A DNA stretch of 64,000 bases, from assembly GCA_043780835.1 (NCBI GenBank), contig JAYWCB010000011.1:26767-90766 (forward strand), written 5' to 3'. The position numbers and the translations under genes were made by a program. Origin of the DNA: Minisyncoccota bacterium. GTDB lineage: Bacteria > Patescibacteriota > Minisyncoccia > Phycocordibacterales > UBA2100. The notes under the pieces are model-generated. The model did not search any database and had not been told where the DNA came from. It worked only from the letters and a program-made list of their open reading frames with translations. Positions 49,489 to 57,550 of this stretch are shown piece by piece (within the stretch, counting starts at the first letter, position 1; each line of letters starts with the position of its first letter).

Positions 49489-50826
49489 ATGCACATCTCG
49501 CAGAACATAAAACGAATCGTGCTTGGCGCATGTAGTGCGCTCATGATCGTTTCTATTTCCGCATCGTATGTATTTGCGCAGGAGCTCACGAGTTCGAGTT
49601 TTAGCCTCAACAACAACGGTTTTACCGCATGGGGCGGGTATTCTACAACGAGCAATTTTTCTTCGTTTGGCAGCGAGGCGCAGCCGGGCAGCGGGGAATC
49701 ATCGAGTGCGAGTTTCTCGCTTGCGAGCGGGTATCTCTATCCAGTCGATACCAGCCCGCTCGCGACGCAGAATTGGAAATGGTTTGATGATTCAACGAAT
49801 TTCACACCGACGATTGCGCTCGCCGGCGAAAACGTGTCACCGTCAAATGTTGGATTCGATGATCCCTTGAAGCTTCGCATTACGGTGAAGGATATTGGCG
49901 GGTCCGGTGTAACAGGACTCAAGCTTCGCTTGCAATACGCAACGTCGTCCGACTTTTCCGCCGGCGCAATCTTTGTTGCTGAGCAGGGGCAGTGTAATTT
50001 GACAATCTGGTGCTACGCGGATGGCGCTGGAGTTGATAATACTGTCATTAGCGATACTGTTTTGTCTGATCCCGATGCGTGTTCCGGAGGATTGGGTACC
50101 GGATGCGGCACCTACAATGAATCCGGCACCACCACATCAACTTTTTATCACTCCCCGGGAAAAAAGACCGAATACGAGTTCACGTTGAAACAAATTCTGG
50201 GCGTTCAGAGTACGGTGTATTTCTTTCGTCTGGTAGACGCGAGCACCGGTATTCCCGTGCCGCTCAACACGGGGGCCACGTATCCGAGTCTGATGATTAA
50301 CGGTGCGTCGTTAACATTTTCTATTGGCGGACTGACTTCCGGCACCTCAACCGAAGGCGTGACGACTGACATTGCAACGTCGCCCACGACTATTAGTTTT
50401 GGAACGTTGCTTCTCAACACACCAAGAATCGCCGCGCATCGATTGACGGTGACGACAAACGCAACGTCGGGGTACAAAATTTATACCTATCAGCGACAAG
50501 GGCTTTTGAACCAAAGCGCGCGAGAGCTTCCACCCGTAAATACCACTAATAGCGCGCCGTCCGGCTGGGCGTCTGCGTGCACGTCGACCTCGACCGGATG
50601 CTACGGTTATCACTCCGGTCAGGACGTGCTAGAAGGAGGCTCAACGCGCTTTGCAGCGGATGACAGCTATGCGCAATTTACGTCGTCGCCCGACGAAGTC
50701 GCGTTTAGTGCAGGTCCCGCAACAAATGCAATGACCGACATGGTCTATAAAATTGAAGCGAAAGATTTACAAGACTCTGGCGTGTACGAAAGCACGATTG
50801 TCTATATCGCAACCCCCGTTTTCTAA
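49489..50826 (+). CDS. Secreted protein, family A (paralog of 53804..54955); WxL-like C-terminal region (tentative)
   Basis: Signal peptide MHISQNIKRIVLGACSALMIVSISASYVFA. The C-terminal part has APSGWASACT and the terminal YKIEAKDLQDSGVYESTIVYIATPVF, which parallels YKVEIGSLQEAGSDYTNILTYVATPIF in the paralog. Confidence 0.6.
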   Translation: MHISQNIKRIVLGACSALMIVSISASYVFAQELTSSSFSLNNNGFTAWGGYSTTSNFSSFGSEAQPGSGESSSASFSLASGYLYPVDTSPLATQNWKWFDDSTNFTPTIALAGENVSPSNVGFDDPLKLRITVKDIGGSGVTGLKLRLQYATSSDFSAGAIFVAEQGQCNLTIWCYADGAGVDNTVISDTVLSDPDACSGGLGTGCGTYNESGTTTSTFYHSPGKKTEYEFTLKQILGVQSTVYFFRLVDASTGIPVPLNTGATYPSLMINGASLTFSIGGLTSGTSTEGVTTDIATSPTTISFGTLLLNTPRIAAHRLTVTTNATSGYKIYTYQRQGLLNQSARELPPVNTTNSAPSGWASACTSTSTGCYGYHSGQDVLEGGSTRFAADDSYAQFTSSPDEVAFSAGPATNAMTDMVYKIEAKDLQDSGVYESTIVYIATPVF

Positions 50827-50858
50827 ACTGTGCATAAAAATACAATACTTTTCTTGCT

Positions 50859-52214
50859 ATGCTTGCGATATTCGTCTCTATGACATTGAAGAAAACGATA
50901 CTCCCGTTTTTTGTGTTGTGTATTCTTGCTGCGGGGCTTCTTCCATTCGTCGTGCGGGCGGACTCTGATCTCACCGTTTTGCCCATTGTTGTTGATGAAA
51001 AAGCAAAAGCACGCGATATCTTGAAAGAATCGGTCACGATCACAAATAATAGTGCGCGCGTGCTCCAAATATATCCGTCGGTCAACGACGTAAAACCGCA
51101 GGAAGGCCAAAGGGCATTTATTGAGGCACAAAGCGGCACCGAACGCTCTGACTCATTGGCCAATTGGATAGAAATCTCTCGCGGAGTCATTGAATTGAAG
51201 CCGAAAGAGTCAAAAGAGATTCCGTTTGTCATTCGTGTGAATCTCAATGCGGTCGCAGGCACCTATCACGCTGACGTTTCTTTCTATGAAGGCGGTAACC
51301 GTGAGGACGCCGAGAAAACGCACCCGCTCTCAGTCGTGACCGTAAACACCGAGGTGCAGGCGAATATAAAAGAGTCAATGCAGTTGAATAAATTTGTTAC
51401 GGATAGTTTTTTCTTCTCCGGAGATGACGTGTTGTTCAACTATCAGCTAGAGAATATCGGTAACCAGGAATTGAAACCGAAAGGGGAGATTCGTATTTAT
51501 GATCGCAAGGGCCACGAGGTTGCGACGGTGCCGGTGAACCCGGACGGCAAAAGCTTTACACCCGATCAGGCTGCACAGCTTGCAAGTGCATGGAGCGCAG
51601 CCAGAGGGTTCGGTAAATTCAAGGCGTTTCTCAATATAGATTACGGCAACGGTAACGGCTCGCTGCAGGATACTGTCTTTTTCTGGATTATTCCATGGCA
51701 GCAGTTGCTCGCAATTGTGGTGGTGAGCATCATTGGGATCATTGTGTCTGCGTTGTATTTCCACCGATGGCTTGAACAGCGTCACATGCAGCGCTTTGCG
51801 CTCGCAACCGGAATGCCAATGGCCGGAGCGGGTGTTGCAGCCATGCAAGCACCTCCTGGGATGCTCACACAGAAAAGACCCCCGCACATGACGACCGTCA
51901 TGCCGGTAATTCCAAAACAGGAGAAAAAGAGCTTCTTTTCACGATTTCGTCGCGCGAATAAGGCGCCCATCGTTGCAAGTGTGCAAAACACTTCGCCAAT
52001 TCCCACCGTGGTGCCGGCAGCTGCGCTGCTCACACCACCTGTGCATAATGCCGATCAATCACAAATTATTGTCCACGGGGAGGAGTCGGCATCTGCTCCG
52101 GTGCAGACGCTCGCGCCACAATCCAATCGCACCATCAATCTGTCGTCGACCAACATGGGCACGTCGCCGCAAAAAAACCCGGGGCGCGTGATAAATCTAA
52201 AAAACGGCTCATGA
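50859..52214 (+). CDS. Secreted protein, family B (DUF916-like architecture): signal peptide, beta-rich domain, C-terminal TM and long cytoplasmic tail
   Basis: Signal peptide (ILPFFVLCILAAGLLPFVVRA). The domain (LTVLPIVVDEKAKARDILKESVTITNNSARVLQIYPSVNDV...SLANWIEISRGVIELKPKESKEIPFVIRVNLNAVAGTYHADVSF) is followed by TM (LLAIVVVSIIGIIVSALYF) and a roughly 140-aa tail. Confidence 0.6.
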   Translation: MLAIFVSMTLKKTILPFFVLCILAAGLLPFVVRADSDLTVLPIVVDEKAKARDILKESVTITNNSARVLQIYPSVNDVKPQEGQRAFIEAQSGTERSDSLANWIEISRGVIELKPKESKEIPFVIRVNLNAVAGTYHADVSFYEGGNREDAEKTHPLSVVTVNTEVQANIKESMQLNKFVTDSFFFSGDDVLFNYQLENIGNQELKPKGEIRIYDRKGHEVATVPVNPDGKSFTPDQAAQLASAWSAARGFGKFKAFLNIDYGNGNGSLQDTVFFWIIPWQQLLAIVVVSIIGIIVSALYFHRWLEQRHMQRFALATGMPMAGAGVAAMQAPPGMLTQKRPPHMTTVMPVIPKQEKKSFFSRFRRANKAPIVASVQNTSPIPTVVPAAALLTPPVHNADQSQIIVHGEESASAPVQTLAPQSNRTINLSSTNMGTSPQKNPGRVINLKNGS

Positions 52215-53536
52215 TGCACAGTTTTCGCACGGTCTTTTTTACTGCACTCATCCTGTGCACATGGCTTTTCGGCATCACGAGTGTGTCCGCCCAGGAATCA
52301 CTCTCTGTTACGGTCACGCCGCCACTGTTTCAGCTCAGTATCGGTCCCGGTGAATCATGGACGAGCACGATCAAAGTTATCAACAATAATTCGTATGACG
52401 TACAGTATGCGCCGCAGGTCGTCGATTTTGAAGCGCAAGGGGAGACCGGCCAGGGAAAGTTTGTGCCGCTCATTAATGCGTTCGGAGGTGGCGAACAAAG
52501 CAGTAATTCACTCGGGAGCTGGATAGAAATTTCCAAAGATCCGGTGCTTATACGTTCTGGACAGAGCGCGCAACTCAATTTTACGGTCCATGTACCGCAA
52601 AACGCCGAACCGGGCGGGCATTACGCTGCGATCATGGTCGGACCCCACGAAGCAGATACCGCACAAGGATCGCACATGAAAATATCGAGCTATGTTACGT
52701 CGCTTATCATGGTGCGAATCAAGGGGGATATTGTGGAAAGCGGGCGTATTCGTGAATTCACGACTGATAGATCGCTCTATCAGAAGCCGGAAGCGCAGTT
52801 TGTTCTGCGATTCGAAAACACCGGCAATACGCACTTGCGCCCACAGGGTCTTATTACGCTTCACAACATGTGGGGAAAAGAGCGCGGTCAAGTGCTCATT
52901 AATGAGAAGAGTAATTTCGGCAACGTGTTACCGCACTCAATTCGCAAGTTCGAATTCACGTGGAATGGTGAAGACAGCCTATTTGATATCGGTTTATATA
53001 GTGCGGTCGTTACGCTCAACTATGGCGACGATGCGAAGCAAAATGCTTCCGCAACAAGTTATTTTTGGGTGGTCCCGGTGGTGCCGGTGACTATCACGCT
53101 CATCATAGTGCTTAGTATTGTGCTTATTCTAATGTGGTTTATACGACGGTATGTACGCCGCGCGCTCTCACTCGAGCATCTTCATGTCGCGGCTGGCGCA
53201 CACCCGAATGTGCCGGATCGCCAGGAACCGCCTATGATTGAACACGTCTCTACGCTTCGCGCGCTCGTGCAGCCCATAAAAGACGGTGTTGTTGACCTTC
53301 GAAGCGTCGGCACTGTTATTGAACAGAATGGGGTAGTCGCGACACCTACATATATTCGTCCGCTTACATTTGGCGGTTTTGTTCGCAAATACCGACTTTT
53401 CTTTGCTTTTTTACTGGTGCTCGCGGTACTTCTCGTTGGTATATCGCTCTATTTCAAGGCAGTGCTCGTGTCGCACCGTGATTTCCAAATCAAAGCAATC
53501 GCACCCGCGAGCAGCTCATCTGCCTCAGTTCGCTAG
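52211..53536 (+). CDS. Secreted protein, family B paralog (DUF916-like architecture)
   Basis: Signal peptide. The domain (LSVTVTPPLFQLSIGPGESWTSTIKVINNNSYDVQYAPQVVDF...GSWIEISKDPVLIRSGQSAQLNFTVHVPQNAEPGGHYAAIMVGP) is collinear with 50859 and 55094. TM VVPVTITLIIVLSIVLILMWF. Its start overlaps the preceding stop. Confidence 0.6.
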   Translation: MMHSFRTVFFTALILCTWLFGITSVSAQESLSVTVTPPLFQLSIGPGESWTSTIKVINNNSYDVQYAPQVVDFEAQGETGQGKFVPLINAFGGGEQSSNSLGSWIEISKDPVLIRSGQSAQLNFTVHVPQNAEPGGHYAAIMVGPHEADTAQGSHMKISSYVTSLIMVRIKGDIVESGRIREFTTDRSLYQKPEAQFVLRFENTGNTHLRPQGLITLHNMWGKERGQVLINEKSNFGNVLPHSIRKFEFTWNGEDSLFDIGLYSAVVTLNYGDDAKQNASATSYFWVVPVVPVTITLIIVLSIVLILMWFIRRYVRRALSLEHLHVAAGAHPNVPDRQEPPMIEHVSTLRALVQPIKDGVVDLRSVGTVIEQNGVVATPTYIRPLTFGGFVRKYRLFFAFLLVLAVLLVGISLYFKAVLVSHRDFQIKAIAPASSSSASVR

Positions 53537-53602
53537 TTTTCCACAGGATATCAACCGGGTTTTCCACCGACATATCCTCTGATCGAGACCGTTATCCACA
53601 TG
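53537..53602 (+). promoter_or_regulatory. Cluster of three DnaA-box-like 9-mers (TTTTCCACA, TTTTCCACC, perfect TTATCCACA) with an embedded inverted repeat
   Basis: TTTTCCACA at 53537..53545, TTTTCCACC at 53560..53568 and TTATCCACA at 53592..53600. AGGATAT and ATATCCT (53547..53553 and 53572..53578) form a 7-bp inverted repeat around the second box. A TATACT -10-like hexamer lies at 53643..53648 upstream of the gene at 53804. Confidence 0.35.
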
Positions 53603-53803
53603 GTTGTGCTTGATATCAACTGATTTGTCAACAGTATGCCGTATACTTTACCCATGCGAGTTTATTCGGCGCCGTACGTTTCTAGCTGCTTTGGTCGAGC
53701 AATAGCAGGTGGATGCGTATTTTCTCTCTAGGCGCAGAACAGATCGCTCATTAGAAGAAACTATTAGTACGCTTAAAAACAAACGACAGTTCAATTTATT
53801 TAT

Positions 53804-54955
53804 ATGAACGTATTCGAACAAGCAAAGAAAAATCCGATCGCATCGTTCTTGTCGTCGCCGATCGCGTTGGTTCTCATTATATCGACCCTCTTGTGGGCGA
53901 CAGGACTCCCGCTCTTGGTTTCGCGAGCCGACGCTGCGCAGCTCACGTTAGTGAGTGACACACTGACCGACTCTAATCCGAGTACCGCGAATCGCAACGT
54001 TATCAAATTCACATCAGCCACATCATCAATCGCAGGTCAGACTATAGCGATAGTGTGGGATCCAGTAGGAAGCGCGTTCTCACAAGTTGCACTTACCGCA
54101 ACGACGACGCAGATAACAGTCACCGGCATGACGCTCGTGACTACATGCGGTGGTGCTGCCGATGAAGTCACGGTACAGCAGGTATACACAGCGGGTAGTG
54201 AAGGTGTCGTATTTACGGTGTGTGCTACTGACACGGTGACCCCTGGAGCAAAGATCATTACCCTGGGAACATCCACGCCCTTCATTTCGAATCCTGCTGC
54301 CGCAGGTTCGTATCGGATTACTGTCACCGGCACAAATGGTGATACGGGAGAAGCGCGGGTCGCAATACTTCCACATGTAACCGTAACCGCTGCAGTGGAC
54401 ACCACGTTCACCTTTACTGTTGCAGGTCTCGCGACCTCAACGACGGTGAACGGTGATACGTTGACGGGTTCTACAACGGCCACGGTGATTGCATTCGGAA
54501 CGCTTGCTCCGACGGTTGCAAAGATAATGGGTCAACAGTTAAGCGTAACCACAAACGCATCAAACGGATTCTCCGTTACCGTTGTTGAGAATCAAAACCT
54601 CTTATCGGCAACGGGAGCAGACATTGACCTCTTCCAGGATGGCGCTGCTACCGCAGTTCCGATCGCCTGGGCGTCTCCCACAAACACACTTGCGGCAGGT
54701 GAAGCGAGTTATGGTCACATAGGTGTGACAAGCGAAGACACTACATTGTCCGCTGGCGCTGAATTCTCGGGCACAAAATATGCTGGTAACTTCAATACCG
54801 CGCGACAAGTGTTCTACAGCACAACGCCGGCCGATGGTACAACTGCCGGTGTAGGCACAACGAAAGTTGCGTACAAGGTAGAAATCGGTTCACTGCAGGA
54901 AGCAGGTTCTGATTACACCAACATCCTCACGTACGTTGCAACGCCGATCTTCTAA
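53804..54955 (+). CDS. Secreted protein, family A paralog; WxL-like C-terminal region (tentative)
   Basis: A signal anchor (IASFLSSPIALVLIISTLLWA), a Thr-rich beta domain, a C-terminal roughly 180 aa with PIAWASPTNTL, and the terminal YTNILTYVATPIF. Confidence 0.6.
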   Translation: MNVFEQAKKNPIASFLSSPIALVLIISTLLWATGLPLLVSRADAAQLTLVSDTLTDSNPSTANRNVIKFTSATSSIAGQTIAIVWDPVGSAFSQVALTATTTQITVTGMTLVTTCGGAADEVTVQQVYTAGSEGVVFTVCATDTVTPGAKIITLGTSTPFISNPAAAGSYRITVTGTNGDTGEARVAILPHVTVTAAVDTTFTFTVAGLATSTTVNGDTLTGSTTATVIAFGTLAPTVAKIMGQQLSVTTNASNGFSVTVVENQNLLSATGADIDLFQDGAATAVPIAWASPTNTLAAGEASYGHIGVTSEDTTLSAGAEFSGTKYAGNFNTARQVFYSTTPADGTTAGVGTTKVAYKVEIGSLQEAGSDYTNILTYVATPIF

Positions 54956-54975
54956 GCTCGAAAAACAGTCAAACA

Positions 54976-55003
54976 AAAACCCGCGAACTACGCGGGTTTT
55001 TGT
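54976..55003 (+). terminator. Rho-independent terminator
   Basis: AAAAACCCGCGAACTACGCGGGTTTTTG is a perfect 7-bp GC stem with a T-run. Confidence 0.65.
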
Positions 55004-55093
55004 TTGGAATTTTATCCAGAGTAGCGCTGCAAGCCGATGGCAAGCCGATGGCAAGCCGTGGTACAGTTCACGCATAATAATAGCCGCATTGAT

Positions 55094-56158
55094 ATGAGAG
55101 ATTCCCGCACCACATACGTTTTTTACGGTTTTTTGATCGCATTTTTAACATTGGTCGGTGCGCAGAGTGCAGGCGCGCAAGCGCAGGGGATCTCTATTAA
55201 ACCCGCAGTGATTGAAGATCGGGTTGCCCCGGGTGCTGTGTACAACTACTCAATCAAAGTCACCAATGTTTCTGATGCGGAAAAGACATATTTTCTCAGT
55301 GCGCAGGATATCAAAGGGCTCGATAACGGCGGGCTTCCGATATTCGCAACCGATAGCGAAAAGACGCCATACGAACTGAGTTCATGGATCTCGCTTTCAG
55401 TAACATCGGTAACGATCGCCCCGCATCAGGAAAAAGAAGTTTCTTTTTCGGTTCGTGTGCCGCAGGATGCTTCACCCGGCGCGCACTTTGGGGGAATTTT
55501 CCTCGACGACACACCGGCGAAATTACACTCAACCGGATCTTCTATCGCTATGAAAGTCGGACCGATTATCAACCTGCGCATTGCGGGGAATGCGACAGAG
55601 GACGCACAAATGCGAGAATTCTCGACTGCGCACATTGTGTACGGGTCAGCGGGAGATGTGTCATTTCAGGTGAAGGTCGCAAACCTCGGTAATGTGCTGG
55701 TGCGACCACGCGGATTTATCGAAATTACTGACATGCGCGGATCCAAAATCGATGTTATTAAACTGAATGATGCGGGCGCCGGAGTTTTTCCTGCTGCAGA
55801 CAAGATCTTTAGTGTGGCGTGGAAATACGACAGGTTTGCATTTGGTCGTTATCAAGCGGTCGCGAGCTTGGTGTACGGAGAAGATGGGCAGAAAACTATC
55901 AGTGCAGCAACGAGCTTCTGGGTATTGCCGTTGAAACCGATTCTCACGGTGCTTGGTTCCATCTTTGTGGTATTACTCATACTCTACGTACTCGTACGCA
56001 CCTATATCTCCCGCAAACTTCGCGAGATGGGCGGTAGCAGGAGTGATTTATATGCGAAGCGGAATCAGTCTCCGGTGCCGCGACTGCTCGTCGTTGCGCT
56101 TTCTTTGCTATTCCTTGCGATTGTGTTTCTCGTGCTCTTGTTCCTCATGTTTGCCTAA
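55094..56158 (+). CDS. Secreted protein, family B paralog (DUF916-like architecture)
   Basis: Trimmed to MRDSRTTYVFYGFLIAFLTLVGAQSAGAQA. The domain is GISIKPAVIEDRVAPGAVYNYSIKVTNVSDAEKTYFL...SSWISLSVTSVTIAPHQEKEVSFSVRVPQDASPGAHFGGIFL. TM (ILTVLGSIFVVLLILYVLV) and a tail containing a second hydrophobic segment. Upstream lie a TTATCCAGA motif at 55011 and a TGgTACAGT extended -10 at 55059. Confidence 0.6.
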   Translation: MRDSRTTYVFYGFLIAFLTLVGAQSAGAQAQGISIKPAVIEDRVAPGAVYNYSIKVTNVSDAEKTYFLSAQDIKGLDNGGLPIFATDSEKTPYELSSWISLSVTSVTIAPHQEKEVSFSVRVPQDASPGAHFGGIFLDDTPAKLHSTGSSIAMKVGPIINLRIAGNATEDAQMREFSTAHIVYGSAGDVSFQVKVANLGNVLVRPRGFIEITDMRGSKIDVIKLNDAGAGVFPAADKIFSVAWKYDRFAFGRYQAVASLVYGEDGQKTISAATSFWVLPLKPILTVLGSIFVVLLILYVLVRTYISRKLREMGGSRSDLYAKRNQSPVPRLLVVALSLLFLAIVFLVLLFLMFA

Positions 56159-56161
56159 ACA

Positions 56162-56557
56162 ATGCGTATGGCGAGACGCAAGCATACATACGCTGACGAA
56201 AAAGAAGTCATTCGGCGAACCGTGGTGGTTATAGCGTTGGTTTTGTTTATCTATGCCACGTCGATTGATTCACCGCGCGCGCTTGTGCAGACAGCTGGCT
56301 CAATGGTGGGGAGCGCGGTTGTGGGAATGTCGGCCGGCGTTGAGGCGAATCCGTATAACAAAGTTGCAGCAGAGCTTTCTCAAAAGCAATCTGAGCTTGA
56401 CGCGCGCGAAGCCGCGCTCAATGCGTCGCCCGGCGGATCACTTGCGGGTACGCGGGGGCTCGCCGCAGCAAGTTTTTGTATCAGCATCATCGTGCTCATA
56501 CTCGTGGCCGCGAACTACTATATGGATTTTCGGCGAGGCAGGCGATTATTCGCGTAA
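56162..56557 (+). CDS. Hypothetical small membrane protein (2 TM)
   Basis: Starts 4 nt after the preceding stop. TM helices VVVIALVLFIYA and AASFCISIIVLILVAANYY. Confidence 0.4.
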   Translation: MRMARRKHTYADEKEVIRRTVVVIALVLFIYATSIDSPRALVQTAGSMVGSAVVGMSAGVEANPYNKVAAELSQKQSELDAREAALNASPGGSLAGTRGLAAASFCISIIVLILVAANYYMDFRRGRRLFA

Positions 56558-56593
56558 GTATCTTTTTGTCACGCTATAATAGAGCGAATGAAT

Positions 56594-56703
56594 CCCGTTA
56601 GAAATCGCGGACGCGTGAAATTGAGCATTTTAAAGGTCGATTCTATGAGATCCTATAAATTTAGGACGGGACTCTTTATGGTCCGCGTCCTATTTCTAAC
56701 GGG
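56594..56703 (+). promoter_or_regulatory. Long imperfect inverted repeat (20-nt arms, ~70-nt spacer) ending exactly at the start codon of the FGE-domain gene
   Basis: CCCGTTAGAAATCGCGGACGCG (56594..) pairs with CGCGTCCTATTTCTAACGGG (..56703); the 3' arm abuts the ATG at 56704. An inner hairpin TAGGACGGGA...TCCGCGTCCTA is also present. The ribosome-binding region would be sequestered. Confidence 0.4.
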
Positions 56704-57549
56704 ATGAAAGCGCTCCTTCGATGGATCGTGGTCACACTCTGCACGGTCGTGCTCACGACTGTCGGTTTGAATGCGTTTGATAACAGAGACACGCCGCAAA
56801 ATTCAATGCTCGGCGCCGCATTCAGCGCAGTTGCGGGCCCGGCGAGTAAATGTCCGGCCGGAATGACATTTGTCGGCGCGTCAGGCGGCGGTTTTTGTAT
56901 CGACAAGTACGAAGACTCTGTTGGAGATTCATGTAACAAAAAAGATCCTGGCAGTAAAACCGATTCGAGCGATAATCTTGCAATTACTGCATGCAAACCA
57001 GCGAGCGCAGCTAAGAAATTGCCGTGGAGAAATATTTCCCGCGATCAAGCCGAGCTCGCATGCGCGCGCGCCGGAAAGCGACTGCCGAGCGCCCCGGAGT
57101 GGTATAAAGCCGCGCTCGGCACGCCCGATAGCGATACACCAAACGCTACCAGCTGCAATATCGGTCTCAAGGGCGCAGGATCGCTTGATATGACCGGTGC
57201 CCGCACTGACTGTGTATCGCCCGCAGGTGCGTACGACATGGTAGGCAACGCGTGGGAGTGGATGCAAGACACGGTGACTGACGGCGAGTTTCATGGAAAG
57301 AAATTGCCGACGGAAGGGTATATAACGGGAATCGACGGCGACGGCACACCAATTGCAACGAATCATGATATGCCCGATACATCTTTTTTTAGCGACTACT
57401 TTTGGATTGATCCCACAGATACGCGCGGAATATTGCGCGGTGGCTATTGGAACAGTCAATCGGATGCTGGGCAGTATGCGATCAATATTACCGTTCCGCC
57501 GTCGTTCTCCGGTGAAGCTGCAGGATTCCGATGCGTGAAAGATATTTAG
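56704..57549 (+). CDS. Membrane-anchored FGE-sulfatase (SUMF1/C-type-lectin fold) domain protein
   Basis: N-terminal TM (IVVTLCTVVLTTVGL), then the FGE-fold hallmarks CIDKYE, AGKRLPSAPEW, AYDMVGNAWEWMQD, RGGYWNS and C-terminal GFRCV. Confidence 0.8.
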   Translation: MKALLRWIVVTLCTVVLTTVGLNAFDNRDTPQNSMLGAAFSAVAGPASKCPAGMTFVGASGGGFCIDKYEDSVGDSCNKKDPGSKTDSSDNLAITACKPASAAKKLPWRNISRDQAELACARAGKRLPSAPEWYKAALGTPDSDTPNATSCNIGLKGAGSLDMTGARTDCVSPAGAYDMVGNAWEWMQDTVTDGEFHGKKLPTEGYITGIDGDGTPIATNHDMPDTSFFSDYFWIDPTDTRGILRGGYWNSQSDAGQYAINITVPPSFSGEAAGFRCVKDI

Positions 57550-57550
57550 T

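Noticed and set aside
53537-53803. Calling this region the chromosomal origin (oriC)
   Set aside because: DnaA-box-like 9-mers are present, but there is no dnaA or dnaN gene nearby and no obvious AT-rich unwinding element. The same motif recurs upstream of several island genes, so a transcription-factor-site interpretation is at least as likely. It is kept as a regulatory feature, not an origin.
55027-55059. Tandem 11-mer GCAAGCCGATG x3 upstream of 55094
   Set aside because: Only three units, one degenerate, inside a promoter region. It is too short to call a VNTR or regulatory array with any confidence, and is noted only as possible slippage-prone sequence.
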